64,000 bases of DNA, from the NCBI GenBank assembly GCA_965203295.1, contig CBDBCZ010000019.1:2016001-2080000 (forward strand), written 5' to 3'. This DNA is from Nitrospirales bacterium (GTDB lineage Bacteria; Nitrospirota; Nitrospiria; Nitrospirales; UBA8639). The translations under genes and the position numbers were made by a program. The notes below the pieces were generated by a model that had not been told where the DNA came from, ran no database searches, and saw nothing but the letters and a program-made list of their open reading frames with translations. Positions 10,636 to 21,314 of the stretch are shown here, piece by piece. Each line of letters begins with the position of its first letter. Within the stretch, counting starts at the first letter, position 1.

Positions 10636-11534
10636 TAGAGTCTCGTCCTGAGAAGCCCAAAGACTGAATACAGACTACTGAGGAATCCTAACAAAAGCCC
10701 GGCTAGCACTAAAAAAACAGACACCTGGATTGGGAAAAATTGCACAATAGAATTCATTCCCTGAAACCAACCTGATGAATTAATCTCCTGTCGAAAAAAC
10801 TCAAAGACACCCTTGAGCAGCAGTAATGAAAGCCCTCCACCTACTCCGCCTAAAAGGGCCCCTTCTAAGATATACGGCATAGCAATAAACGGGCTCGTCG
10901 CTCCAATCAAACGTAGAATTTCCACTTCCTCTTTTCTGGCATAGAATGAAAGGCGAATCGTATTGGCGATAATGGTCACCGTTGCCAAGGCCAGAATCAC
11001 ACCAATCATCACCGCACCAAATTCGAGATGCCTAACAAACACAGTCAGGGTTTCAATCCATTCACGGCTATAATGAACGTATTCAATATCTGAACGCTTC
11101 TGAAGTCTCTCTGCAAATGCAAATACCGCGTCAGCGGATTGAAATTCTGGGGCGATGGTCAGGACAAATGAAGCCGGGAGGGGATTGGCTCCCATTCCAT
11201 CAAGCAAAGAAGATTCCAAGGGAAATTGTTGGTGAAAGTCCTCCAAGGCTTGGCTTTGTGAGATAAATGTCAGGGAAGCCACAGCCTCTTCACTCTTGAG
11301 TTGACGTTGTAATTCAGCCTGACGTTGCCTTGAAACATCGTCTGTGAGATACACGATGAGCTGAATGTCATCTTGGAAGGAGCCAGCAAGATTTTTGACG
11401 TTGAGATACAACAAAAAAAACAACCCGAAACAGGCGATCGTAAAGGCTGTCGTGATCACACCAATCAAGACACTCGTCCGATGAATTCGAAGGCTGGCCA
11501 ACATTTCCTGAATAAAGAACCAAAATTGTTTCAT
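10635..11534 (-). CDS. ftsX: Cell division permease FtsX
   Basis: NPLPASF, NTIRLSFYARKEEVEILRLIGAT; 4 TM segments. Confidence 0.93.
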   Translation of the reverse strand: MKQFWFFIQEMLASLRIHRTSVLIGVITTAFTIACFGLFFLLYLNVKNLAGSFQDDIQLIVYLTDDVSRQRQAELQRQLKSEEAVASLTFISQSQALEDFHQQFPLESSLLDGMGANPLPASFVLTIAPEFQSADAVFAFAERLQKRSDIEYVHYSREWIETLTVFVRHLEFGAVMIGVILALATVTIIANTIRLSFYARKEEVEILRLIGATSPFIAMPYILEGALLGGVGGGLSLLLLKGVFEFFRQEINSSGWFQGMNSIVQFFPIQVSVFLVLAGLLLGFLSSLYSVFGLLRTRL

Positions 11535-12199
11535 TAGCCGGCCCCTTGATCAGAAAGCAACTTGCCAGATTGAAGGTGCATCACACGTCCGTGCATATGC
11601 TCCACCACTAAGGCATTATGGGTGGCCAGCATCACGGTTGTGCCTCGAGCATGAATCTTCTTAAAGAGTTCCGCAATCTCCACCGTCAGATCCATATCGA
11701 GGTTACCTGTGGGTTCATCTGCCAACAAAATCATGGGACTATTGATAATGGCCCTCGCAATACAAACTCTTTGCTGTTCACCAGCCGAAAGGACACCTGT
11801 TCTTGTGGCCCTTTTGTGCTCCAAGCCGACTGCCTTCAATGCCTCTGTTACTTTTCGCCGCACATCTGAAGCAGACATGGCTTGAATGATGAGAGGAAGC
11901 GCCACATTTTCAAATACTGTCTTGAGAGGAAGTAACTTGAAATCTTGCAGCACAAATCCCATGGTCCGACGAAGGTAGGGAATATCTGAGCCCCGGAGCC
12001 TGGCTATATTGCGATTTTGAACAAGAATTTGGCCTTCATCGGGAATCTCAGCACCGAAAATGAGCTTGAGAAGGGTGGTCTTGCCGGCGCCGCTCGGACC
12101 GGTCAATAACACACATTCTCCCTTTTCAATGCGGAAACTCACATCAGACAACGCAGAGCATCGTTCAAAACTTTTGGAGACATGGAAAAACTGTATCAT
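11534..12199 (-). CDS. ftsE: Cell division ATPase FtsE
   Basis: GPSGAGKT, QDFKLL, LSAGEQQR, DEPTGNLD. Confidence 0.93.
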   Translation of the reverse strand: MIQFFHVSKSFERCSALSDVSFRIEKGECVLLTGPSGAGKTTLLKLIFGAEIPDEGQILVQNRNIARLRGSDIPYLRRTMGFVLQDFKLLPLKTVFENVALPLIIQAMSASDVRRKVTEALKAVGLEHKRATRTGVLSAGEQQRVCIARAIINSPMILLADEPTGNLDMDLTVEIAELFKKIHARGTTVMLATHNALVVEHMHGRVMHLQSGKLLSDQGAG

Positions 12200-12359
12200 G
12201 CGTTATTCACTCATTTCGTCTCCACTCCAAGCTCCAACCCATCGGCCTGTTTGGTTCAAACTATCTATCGGAGAAACTATTCATGATGTATTTCAAATCA
12301 AAGGAACCAAAATTGCTTGTACTGTTCATTCAACCATGTTTGGAGAGATTTCCTCCAAC

Positions 12360-12752
12360 CTACACCCACCATCGCAAATCATTTCCAGGGACTTCAAAGG
12401 CATGTTCAATATGCTCTAACTTCCCTTGGGCTACCGAGTCTTCTTGATACAGCACGACATCAAATCGACAGGGACGTTGACTCAGGTTTCTGAGCGTTAA
12501 ATACTGTGAAGCTAACTTAACGAGTCGCTGTTCTTTTCGGGGGCTTATGGCATAGACCGCTCCACCAAAGTCGGTCGTTCGCCGAGCTTTTACCTCCACG
12601 AAGACCACCATTTCATCCATTTCTGCCACGAGATCAATCTCTCCATTAGTAAACCGAATATTTCGGTCTAAAATTCGATAACCCTTGCCACGTAGTAAAT
12701 GTTCAGCAGCAGACTCGGCTTTCTTTCCATAGGCTTGCCGGTCACCGCTCAT
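12360..12752 (-). CDS. yraN: YraN/UPF0102 family nuclease-like protein
   Basis: GEIDLV, VFVEVKAR, CRFDVV. Confidence 0.9.
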   Translation of the reverse strand: MSGDRQAYGKKAESAAEHLLRGKGYRILDRNIRFTNGEIDLVAEMDEMVVFVEVKARRTTDFGGAVYAISPRKEQRLVKLASQYLTLRNLSQRPCRFDVVLYQEDSVAQGKLEHIEHAFEVPGNDLRWWV

Positions 12753-13399
12753 TCCGCATCTTCTTTCCCCTCATTTGAAGCCATGACAGGTCGAAAACTG
12801 CGACGATGGATGAGGCAGGGACCATATTTTTTGAGAAGTGAAAGATGCTCCGCAGTCGGATACCCCTTGTGGGTATGAAAATTATAGCATGGGAATTGTC
12901 GATGAAACTGCTCCATGGCCCGGTCACGGGTGACCTTAGCAAGCACAGAAGCTGCAGCAATGGACAAAGATAATTGATCGCCTTTGACGATGGATCGTTG
13001 AGGAAGACGAATACCAGGAAGCGTGGCCGCATCAATTAAGAGAAAATCAGGAGAAATATCTAGAGCCAAGATGGCTCGGGTCCAAGCCAAGCGAGTGGCC
13101 TCGAGAATATTGGAAGAATCGATTTCGGCAGCTGACCTCTGTCCAATACCCCAGGCAACAGCCTGACCAATAATTTCCTCATACAACCTTTCTCGTTCGG
13201 CTTGCACAAGTTGTTTTGAATCATCCAATCCTGAAAGGGGACACTTGTGAGGAAGGATAACGGCAGCACCCACCACCGGACCAGCGAGAGGCCCTCGGCC
13301 TGCTTCATCAAGACCGGCAATAGACTGGAACCCACAGGCGCGGGCTTCATTTTCAAAAAATCGCGTCGGCGCCTTGTCGTGGATGCCGTTAGGATGCAC
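12749..13399 (-). CDS. rnhB: Ribonuclease HII
   Basis: GLDEAGRGPLAGPV, DDSKQL, SIAAASVLAKVTRD, HKGYPT. Confidence 0.96.
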   Translation of the reverse strand: MHPNGIHDKAPTRFFENEARACGFQSIAGLDEAGRGPLAGPVVGAAVILPHKCPLSGLDDSKQLVQAERERLYEEIIGQAVAWGIGQRSAAEIDSSNILEATRLAWTRAILALDISPDFLLIDAATLPGIRLPQRSIVKGDQLSLSIAAASVLAKVTRDRAMEQFHRQFPCYNFHTHKGYPTAEHLSLLKKYGPCLIHRRSFRPVMASNEGKEDAE

Positions 13400-13601
13400 G
13401 CCTCACCGTTGGCTAACGATCAAGACAGATGAACACCCAAATTCCACTATACGGCAGATAAGAGGTTAACGGGAAACATTGGAGCCCATGAATGGCCTAT
13501 TAGCGGACTTCACCTGACTGTTATTGTATCGTTTCTGAGAAGGTAAAACATCCTCTAAGAATTCAGTGTGGCTGGAATAGCATCTTTGCAATCTAGGAGG
13601 C

Positions 13602-14036
13602 TCAGTTCTCGGACTTTCCATCCTCGGGATTTTGCGTCTTTTCAGATGATTCAGGCACTGCAGCCAAAATCTTGGGGGCTTTCACCGTTTTGGAATATTC
13701 TCGTTCAGAGACTTTTGCTTCTTTCCCTTTCTTGGTTCGGAGGTAATACAATTTGGCCCGGCGAACTTTTCCTTTTCGGATGACATCAATTCTTCCAATA
13801 GTTGGCGAATGGACCGGGAAAATACGCTCCACTCCTACTCCATAGGATATTTTTCGAACGGTAAAGGTTTCTCTTTCACGTTTGCCTTTCCGGGCAATCA
13901 CGAATCCTTCAAAAATCTGAATTCGTTCTTTTTCCCCTTCAATGACCTTCACATGCACCCGAACGGTATCGCCGATTTCGAACACAGGCACCGTGCCTGA
14001 AAATATCGATGCCTCCAGTCGCTGTAATTGATTCAT
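13602..14036 (-). CDS. rplS: 50S ribosomal protein L19
   Basis: [38 protein letters not shown]; start moved to ATG 14036. Confidence 0.96.
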   Translation of the reverse strand: MNQLQRLEASIFSGTVPVFEIGDTVRVHVKVIEGEKERIQIFEGFVIARKGKRERETFTVRKISYGVGVERIFPVHSPTIGRIDVIRKGKVRRAKLYYLRTKKGKEAKVSEREYSKTVKAPKILAAVPESSEKTQNPEDGKSEN

Positions 14037-14040
14037 GTTG

Positions 14041-14814
14041 TTACCCCTCCTCCCCACTGCCGACCGGTGTTTCCTGTCGGGTTTCTTGGACAATTTCTTC
14101 TAATAAAAGTTTATCTTCTGAAGTCAACTTCTCACGATTCAACAAGTCCGGTCGCTTCGTGTACGTGTTCCGAAGAGCTTCTTTGCGTCGCCATCGCCGA
14201 ATAGCTTCATGATTCCCCGAAAGCAAGATATCTGGAACCGTCAACCCACGAACACCTAAAGGTCGCGTATAATGAGGAAAGTCCAGGAATGACTGCGCGA
14301 AGGAATCATGTTCAGCTGATGCAGGGTCACCCAAGACCCCGGGAATCAACCGCACTGCAGCATCAAGCATCACAAGCGAGGGAAGTTCCCCACCCGTCAG
14401 CACGTAATCTCCGATAGAGACCTCCTCGGGCTGTAAGCCAGAGAAGACCCGTTCATCGATTCCTTCATAATGCCCACACACCCACACGATTCGCTTCTGT
14501 TCTTGACTGAACTCCAAGGCCATAGATTGTGAAAACTGAACTCCCTGCGGCGAAGGCAGAATGAGACGAAGATCATTTCCCTCGGATTCCAAGGTTTCAA
14601 CTGCCCTGAAAATAGGCTCGGCCTTCATCACCATTCCAGCCCCACCTCCATAGGGGGAATCATCTGCGACTCGATGACGATCATCGATAAAATGCCGAAT
14701 ATCATGGACGTGAATGGAAACAAGCCCTTTTTCTTGGGCCCGCTTAAGAATACTCTGCGAAATGACCCCTGTAATAAAGTCTGGGAATAAGGTCAGGACG
14801 TCACAACGCATCAT
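14041..14814 (-). CDS. trmD: tRNA (guanine-N1)-methyltransferase
   Basis: [33 protein letters not shown]. Confidence 0.97.
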   Translation of the reverse strand: MMRCDVLTLFPDFITGVISQSILKRAQEKGLVSIHVHDIRHFIDDRHRVADDSPYGGGAGMVMKAEPIFRAVETLESEGNDLRLILPSPQGVQFSQSMALEFSQEQKRIVWVCGHYEGIDERVFSGLQPEEVSIGDYVLTGGELPSLVMLDAAVRLIPGVLGDPASAEHDSFAQSFLDFPHYTRPLGVRGLTVPDILLSGNHEAIRRWRRKEALRNTYTKRPDLLNREKLTSEDKLLLEEIVQETRQETPVGSGEEG

Positions 14815-15334
14815 GCTCTGTCACCAACCCATAACGTGATTCAACAACCATCATCCCATCTTTCAAATCGACCTTGATTACCATCTTTTGAGTAGCTGGA
14901 ATCCACATTTCTTCTGAACCATTTCGAACGACAAAAACATGCTGGGCAGGTAGTTCTAACACTTCTTCCAGCGTCCCCAATCGATGCCCAGCCTTATCTT
15001 CAACGGTCAGTCCAATTAATTCAAACTGATAATGCTCACCCGGGGGCAGAGGGGGCATTTGTTGCTTAGGTATTTTCAACCATGCGTGTTGGAAACGACG
15101 AGCCTCCTCGGGAGTGGAAAATGCTAAAAATTTTAACAGATAGGACCGTTTATCCACTCGAACATGACTCACCTTTGTTGAAATCAATTCCCCAGAATGA
15201 GTCTCCAGGATGATGTCATCAAGTCCCTCCAACCGGCCAGGCACATCGGTCAGTGATTGAACTCGCACTTCTCCCCCCACTCCAAAGGGTTTCAAAATCT
15301 TCCCAACCGTAATTAACTCGTCGGGCTCAGACAT
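14801..15334 (-). CDS. rimM: 16S rRNA processing factor RimM
   Basis: VGKILKPFGVGGEV, PRC barrel; position between rpsP and trmD. Confidence 0.92.
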   Translation of the reverse strand: MSEPDELITVGKILKPFGVGGEVRVQSLTDVPGRLEGLDDIILETHSGELISTKVSHVRVDKRSYLLKFLAFSTPEEARRFQHAWLKIPKQQMPPLPPGEHYQFELIGLTVEDKAGHRLGTLEEVLELPAQHVFVVRNGSEEMWIPATQKMVIKVDLKDGMMVVESRYGLVTEHDAL

Positions 15335-15427
15335 CGGACAACTCTGCAACTGATACGTCAAACTTTCTTCGATGTCAGGACTACCCTCGCCAAAGAGTTA
15401 AAACAGGTGGTGCTTAAGGTTGTCGCA

Positions 15428-15712
15428 TCAGGAAGGGAATTGCGATTGCTTCCTTGATTCTTCAAAGGTCTTCAAAATTCCTGACCGACGCAGAAGCGTC
15501 CGAACCGTCATAGAAGGCTGGGCACCTTTTTGCAACCAGTCTAGCACACGATCTTGTTTTAGATCGGCGATAGGTGGATCTTTTAAGGGATCAAACGTTC
15601 CCACTACTTCCAAACAACGGCCATCCCTTCGTGAGCGAGCGTCAATCGCCACAACCCGATAAAAGGGCCGTTTGTGTCTACCCATCCGTGTTAACCGTAA
15701 ATGTACTGCCAC
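15428..15712 (-). CDS. rpsP: 30S ribosomal protein S16
   Basis: LRLTRMGRHKRPFYRVVAIDARSRRDG; GTG start at 15712 after GGAGAGG. Confidence 0.96.
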   Translation of the reverse strand: MAVHLRLTRMGRHKRPFYRVVAIDARSRRDGRCLEVVGTFDPLKDPPIADLKQDRVLDWLQKGAQPSMTVRTLLRRSGILKTFEESRKQSQFPS

Positions 15713-15794
15713 GTAATCCTCTCCCTTGTCATAAATGAACCACAGAGCAGTGAGCCTCACGTTTCTCCCAATGCCCAGTGGAGTATAGTAGAAG

Positions 15795-17165
15795 TTAATA
15801 CGATTGAAGGGCCCGGATCAACTTCCGCTTCTTCCCTTTCTTTCCCGGTCCTCCCCCTAACAATGATTTCATCATGGTCCGAGCGCCCAAAAACTGCTTG
15901 ATCAGCCGATTCACTTCTTGAACAGATGTCCCACTCCCACGAGCAATCCGTTTTTTCCGACTCCCGTTGATAATCGTATGATCGCCCCGCTCTCGAAGAG
16001 TCATCGAGTTAATCATCGCCACAACCCGTTTTAATTCCTTTTCCGGCAGATTGCCATTCACCCCTCCCGCCATAGTTTTCAGCCGTTCACCGCCAGGGAG
16101 CATACCTAAAATCTGATCAAAAGAGCCCATTCGATTGACTTGAAGGATTTGATCACGAAAATCTTCTAACGTCAGCGAGCTGCTCGAGACTTTTCGTTGA
16201 ATGACTTCGGCTTCTTCCCGAGAATAGGTCTCCTGTGCCTTCTCAATCAAGGAAAGCACATCACCCATTCCCAAAATCCGTGAAGCCATTCGGTCGGGGT
16301 GGAAAACTTCCAACGCGTCGGTTTTCTCGCCTACCCCAAGAAACTTGATGGGCGTTCCTGTCGAGGCTTTGATCGATAAAACGGCCCCTCCCCGAGCATC
16401 GCCCTCAACCTTGGTTAAAATGACACCTGTCAAGGCAACCCTTTGGTCAAACTGCTCGGCCACATTCACGGCTTCTTGGCCAGTCATGGCATCCGCAACC
16501 AATAGAATCTCGTGAGGAGCGACGGCACTTTTGATCTCCTCCAACTCGCACATCAGTTCATCATCGATATGAAGGCGTCCACCTGTGTCCAAGATCACGA
16601 TGTCATAGCCATGCTCTCTTCCTCTCTGGACTCCTTCAGCACACATGCGGACCATTTCTGAACGCGAAGCTTCAACATGATCGGCTCGATGAACTGCCAC
16701 GTCCAATTCAGCGGCTAAAGACGCCAACTGATCCCCGGCTGCAGGACGTCGTGGATCCGCCGCCAGTAAGAACACGCGTTTTCCTTGGCCTTTAAAGAGT
16801 CGGGCCAGTTTGCCGCAGGATGTGGTTTTCCCTGCACCCTGGAGACCCACCATCATGACAATGGTCGGTGGAAGAGAAGAGAGGGCCAATCCCGCCTGTT
16901 CATGATCCATCAAATCGCGAAGTTCTTCCCACACAATTTTGACGACTTGATGGCCAGGGGTGAGGCTCTCCAATACCTCTCGCCCAACGGCTTTTTCTTG
17001 GACGCGGCTAATAAAATCTTTAACGATTTTGAAATTGACATCTGCTTCAAGAAGGGCCAAACGGACCTCTTTCAAGGCTTCGCGGACATTGTCTTCAGTC
17101 AGAATCCCCTGACCGCGGAGCTTCTTCAGAACTGTGTCAATTTTTTCCGTGAGAGCAGTGAACAT
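15795..17165 (-). CDS. ffh: Signal recognition particle protein
   Basis: ALLEADVN, GLQGAGKTT, DTGGR, DAMTGQ, DARGGA, M-domain SRKKRIARGSG. Confidence 0.97.
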   Translation of the reverse strand: MFTALTEKIDTVLKKLRGQGILTEDNVREALKEVRLALLEADVNFKIVKDFISRVQEKAVGREVLESLTPGHQVVKIVWEELRDLMDHEQAGLALSSLPPTIVMMVGLQGAGKTTSCGKLARLFKGQGKRVFLLAADPRRPAAGDQLASLAAELDVAVHRADHVEASRSEMVRMCAEGVQRGREHGYDIVILDTGGRLHIDDELMCELEEIKSAVAPHEILLVADAMTGQEAVNVAEQFDQRVALTGVILTKVEGDARGGAVLSIKASTGTPIKFLGVGEKTDALEVFHPDRMASRILGMGDVLSLIEKAQETYSREEAEVIQRKVSSSSLTLEDFRDQILQVNRMGSFDQILGMLPGGERLKTMAGGVNGNLPEKELKRVVAMINSMTLRERGDHTIINGSRKKRIARGSGTSVQEVNRLIKQFLGARTMMKSLLGGGPGKKGKKRKLIRALQSY

Positions 17166-17276
17166 CCTCAAAGAACTCCTTACTTACAGGAATATTTACG
17201 TAACTGTTGAATACTTGAAAAATTCTCATAGTGTCGTTCACATGTGATTTAGTCTCATGAAAGTCCAAGAGCGAGA

Positions 17277-17543
17277 GGGGATGTTCAAAAAGGCGCGCTC
17301 AGCAGGATCGTGCGCCGAGCCTCCCGTCCTGCTTTCCCAGGGGCGCCGCCCCTAGGACGGCCCCAACAAACGGACCTATGACCCCTCGAAGGGGGAACAC
17401 CCTCTTCGAGCAACCCACATACCGAGTGATACAATCACTCAGCGTACAAGGCCGCAGGCACTTTGGCGAGCGGAGCGTACGGGTCAGTATGTGAGCACGA
17501 GAAAGGGCCGAGAACGCCGCTGACGCCCTTTTTCAACATTCCC
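17277..17543. mobile_element. Non-autonomous MITE-like element with 17-bp terminal inverted repeats, carrying a nested 144-bp hairpin-rich segment
   Basis: Left GGGGATGTTCAAAAAGG (17277-17293) vs reverse complement of right end GGGAATGTTGAAAAAGG (17527-17543), 15/17 identity; GC-rich, no ORF. Confidence 0.65.
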
Positions 17544-17723
17544 GTTACGTAAACTTATGGAGTCTAGAGAAGGGCATAACAGCCTGTCAAGCGAACGATA
17601 GCCCATTGCCATTTTCTTGACTTCACAAGAGGATTCACATATGGTGCCTAGTTGATTACCCCTAGAATAGGTTGCGGAGAATGCTCCTCAGCAAACACCC
17701 ATGATGGTCACAGGTTTTCTGTC

Positions 17724-17984
17724 GTGAAGAAATCAGGCTGGACATTACTCATGTTTATTTTTATCGGTGGGCTTCTTGGGGGAATGCTGGGGGAAATCCT
17801 ACGGGTCTTTACTCCATCAGGCACGATTCAGAATATCTTTTCCAGGGTCGTATCTCCTGGATTAGATCCTCCATTCACCGTTGACTTGGTCTTGATCAAA
17901 ATTACCATCGGCTTCATTTTAAAGATAAATCTCCTGACGATATTAGGGATCTTTCTAGGTATTTACCTGTATAAAAACGTTTAA
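17724..17984 (+). CDS. Small membrane protein, DUF4321-like
   Basis: [12 protein letters not shown]...[24 protein letters not shown]; probable GTG start 17724. Confidence 0.7.
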   Translation: MKKSGWTLLMFIFIGGLLGGMLGEILRVFTPSGTIQNIFSRVVSPGLDPPFTVDLVLIKITIGFILKINLLTILGIFLGIYLYKNV

Positions 17985-19978
17985 CTCCCTACCCACAGCT
18001 CTTTCTGTCGCAACTGGCGGATCCTATCACGAATTTTAGCAGCACGCTCAAACTCTAACTCTTTCGCCGCCGCTTTCATCTCCTTTTCCAATCCCTCAAT
18101 CGTTTTTTCAATACCTCCTTCAGAGGCATACATCTCCTCTTCTTCCGCAGCAAGTTCACATTCCACATAGTCCGCCTCAGCCATTTGATAGTCCATTTCA
18201 TAAATTCGCTTTTTAATGGTTTCAGGGGTAATCCCATGCTTAGTGTTATAGTCACGTTGAATTTGACGCCGCCGTGTCGTCTCTTCCAATGCCACCCGCA
18301 TGGAATCCGTGATGACATCGCCATACAGAATCACTCTTCCCTCACTGTTCCGAGCCGCCCGTCCCGCAGTCTGAATAAGGGATCGATGTCCACGTAAAAA
18401 CCCTTCTTTGTCGGCATCCAACACACCGATCAAACTCACTTCCGGTAGATCCAATCCTTCCCGAAGCAAATTAATGCCGATCAACACATCAAAGACTCCT
18501 CGACGAAGGTCCCGGATAATTTCAGCTCTCTCCAATGTGACAATATCGGAGTGCATGTATCGTACCTTCAAGCCCAGATCATGGTAATACTCCGTGAGAT
18601 CTTCAGCCATTTGCTTCGTCAAAGTTGTCACCAAGACTCGATGCCCTCGTGCAACAGTTGCTTTGATTTCCCCAAGGAGGTGGTCGACTTGTCCCTTAGC
18701 CGGCAGAACGTCCATAACAGGATCCACCAAGCCGGTGGGACGAATAATCTGTTCGACGATGGCTTTCCCAGCCCGTTTGAGTTCATACGGTCCTGGTGTT
18801 GCTGACACATAGACCACCTGATTCATGCACTGCTCGAATTCTCGAAAGGTGAGAGGGCGATTATCAAAAGCCGAGGGAAGTCGAAAGCCATAATTAACCA
18901 AGCTCTTTTTCCGTGAATGGTCTCCTTCATACATTCCCTTCACTTGGGGAATCGTCGCATGGGACTCATCCACGATCAGCAAATAGTCCTTGGGAAAGTA
19001 ATCCATCAAAGTCGGTGGCGGCTCACCCTGTTTTCGACCGCTGAGATGACGGGAATAGTTCTCGATCCCATGACAATATCCCATTGCCCGAATCATTTCT
19101 AAGTCAAATTTGGTTCGTTGTTCAATTCGCTGGGCTTCAAGGAGTTGTTGGTTGTTGCGGAAAAACGCGATCCGTTCTTCCAGCTCCTCTTCAATTCCCA
19201 TCAATGCTTGATCATATCGATCAGGCGCAATGACGTAATGGCTCTTTGGATAAATGGGGATTTTGGAAAGACGTTGGAGAGATTTCCCGGTCAGAGGATC
19301 AATTTCGTAAATTGCGTCGACTACATCACCGAATAATTCCACACGAATGGTATTGGAGTCCGAAGAGGACGGAAAAATCTCAATCACATCACCCCGAACC
19401 CTGAAGGACCCTCGATGTAAATCAAGATCATTTCTGGAATATTGAATGTCAACCAATTTAGCGAGAATCGTCTCCCGCCGAATCTCCATTTCCTCTTCCA
19501 AAAACAGCAACATGCCGTGATACACCCCTGGGGACCCCAAGCCATAAATACACGAGACAGAGGCGACGATCACAATATCATCCCGTTCTAACAGCGCTGA
19601 CGTTCCCGCATGTCTCATTTGATCGATGGTATCGTTGATCGAAGCATCCTTCGCAATATAGGTATCTGTCGTGGGAATGTAGGCTTCAGGCTGGTAATAA
19701 TCGTAATAGCTCACGAAATATTCCACGGCATTGTCAGGGAAAAAACTTTTAAACTCCTGATACAGTTGAGCAGCCAGTGTTTTATTGTGAACCACAACCA
19801 GGGTCGGCCTCTGAACATGAGCAATCACATTCGCCATCGTAAAGGTTTTCCCAGACCCCGTGACACCTAGAAGGACTTGATGTTTTTGCCTTTCTTGGAT
19901 CGCAGTTGTCAGAGACTCAATGGCCTTCGCTTGGTCACCTTTCGGGGAAAATTCAGATTTGAGAATAAATTGAGACAT
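17981..19978 (-). CDS. uvrB: Excinuclease ABC subunit B
   Basis: [38 protein letters not shown]-terminal UVR domain. Confidence 0.98.
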   Translation of the reverse strand: MSQFILKSEFSPKGDQAKAIESLTTAIQERQKHQVLLGVTGSGKTFTMANVIAHVQRPTLVVVHNKTLAAQLYQEFKSFFPDNAVEYFVSYYDYYQPEAYIPTTDTYIAKDASINDTIDQMRHAGTSALLERDDIVIVASVSCIYGLGSPGVYHGMLLFLEEEMEIRRETILAKLVDIQYSRNDLDLHRGSFRVRGDVIEIFPSSSDSNTIRVELFGDVVDAIYEIDPLTGKSLQRLSKIPIYPKSHYVIAPDRYDQALMGIEEELEERIAFFRNNQQLLEAQRIEQRTKFDLEMIRAMGYCHGIENYSRHLSGRKQGEPPPTLMDYFPKDYLLIVDESHATIPQVKGMYEGDHSRKKSLVNYGFRLPSAFDNRPLTFREFEQCMNQVVYVSATPGPYELKRAGKAIVEQIIRPTGLVDPVMDVLPAKGQVDHLLGEIKATVARGHRVLVTTLTKQMAEDLTEYYHDLGLKVRYMHSDIVTLERAEIIRDLRRGVFDVLIGINLLREGLDLPEVSLIGVLDADKEGFLRGHRSLIQTAGRAARNSEGRVILYGDVITDSMRVALEETTRRRQIQRDYNTKHGITPETIKKRIYEMDYQMAEADYVECELAAEEEEMYASEGGIEKTIEGLEKEMKAAAKELEFERAAKIRDRIRQLRQKELWVGS

Positions 19979-20247
19979 CACGATACTCGGACGTGATCAT
20001 ATCATACCTGCAGACAGATTCGACTGAATACAGAAAATGGCAGCTGAGGACTCTAAGTCATTTCCAGGAAAGAGAATAGGGTAGACGCAACCATGGGATC
20101 AAGATTGAATCCTTCTTCGACTTCTTAGGAGTAACGCTCTAAGATCCCATCGCAGTCTCCATCCGTAAAAAGCCGTTCTGAGAAGAAAGCCTAGAGATTG
20201 AAGCTCTAGGCAAAGACATCGATTCCCTGGTATCCTCGGCCCCCACA

Positions 20248-21156
20248 TTGAAGAAAAACAAATCCAGGAAGCACAAGAAAGACAAGATGAACTCTAAACA
20301 CCACGGGCACATGCCCTCTTCAACCATGGCAGACATCGCAGATCGACATCTCCTCTACGAAAAAAGTGTCCAGAGTCCAGAAGAGGATGCGAATTTTCTC
20401 ATCAGCTACTTTACCAACTACATGGGACAGGAGCTGCAGGTATTCCGCGAAGACTTTTGTGGAACAGCAGCACTTGCCTGCCATATTGTCAAAAGCCATC
20501 GTGACATCCGCGTTATCGGAGCCGACTATCACGGTCCCACCCTGGCCTGGGGAATGAAGCACAATGTCAGTCAACTTACAACAAACCAACAGAGACGTAT
20601 TCAACTCCTTGAAGCCGACGTTCTCGACATCCAAACCCCTAAAGCCGACCTGATTGCAGCCTTAAATTTCAGCTACCAAGGATTTCGCGACCGTCCGAGC
20701 CTTCTTGGTTATATGGCAAACGCGAAAGCTTCTCTAAAACCAGAGGGACTTCTTATCATGGACCTCTGGGGAGGCAGCGAAAGCCAAGTGCTGCAAGAAG
20801 AAGAACGGGAAATTGAGAACTCTAATAATGACGGCATTGGCAACTTCTCATACATTTGGGACCAGGAAGCCTTCGACCCAGCCACGTATCACTGCACGAC
20901 TCGAATTCACTTTTCCTTTAGAGACGGGAGTGAGATGCGAAACGCCTTCACGTATGAATGGCGGTTATGGACGCTCCCTGAAGTCATGGAACTCATGCAA
21001 GAAGCCGGCTTTCATGATATCCATTTCCTGTGGGAAGGCACCGACCCAAAGACCGGGGAAGGTAACGGCATCTACACACCGGCCAAGCATGGAGAAGCTG
21101 ATTTGGCCTGGATAGCCTACGCGGTAGGCCAAAAACCAAAAAAAAACTCTCCATAG
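20248..21156 (+). CDS. Class I SAM-dependent methyltransferase
   Basis: REDFCGTA motif I variant, ALNFSY, WDQ, YEWRLWTLPE; start uncertain. Confidence 0.75.
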   Translation: MKKNKSRKHKKDKMNSKHHGHMPSSTMADIADRHLLYEKSVQSPEEDANFLISYFTNYMGQELQVFREDFCGTAALACHIVKSHRDIRVIGADYHGPTLAWGMKHNVSQLTTNQQRRIQLLEADVLDIQTPKADLIAALNFSYQGFRDRPSLLGYMANAKASLKPEGLLIMDLWGGSESQVLQEEEREIENSNNDGIGNFSYIWDQEAFDPATYHCTTRIHFSFRDGSEMRNAFTYEWRLWTLPEVMELMQEAGFHDIHFLWEGTDPKTGEGNGIYTPAKHGEADLAWIAYAVGQKPKKNSP

Positions 21157-21314
21157 CCGTTCCGATTTTTCCTTCCTAGAAGCCTCTTTTCTTGATACAC
21201 CCTTAGGCTACGAACGGCATGCATCCTTGCATCTGATGACACAGCAGAAAGAGAGCGAGAAAAAGAGAACTTGCCACGACACAACTCGCAGCAGGCAAAA
21301 AGGTTTAAAACAAA

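Noticed and set aside
17277..17543. SRP RNA or group II intron fragment upstream of ffh
   Set aside because: No SRP domain IV (CAGG...GGAAG.AGCAG) motif; GTGCG is present but no intron domain V; TIRs explain the region better
20044..20071. Hammerhead ribozyme core (CTGAGGA...GAAA)
   Set aside because: No convincing stem II or flanking stems
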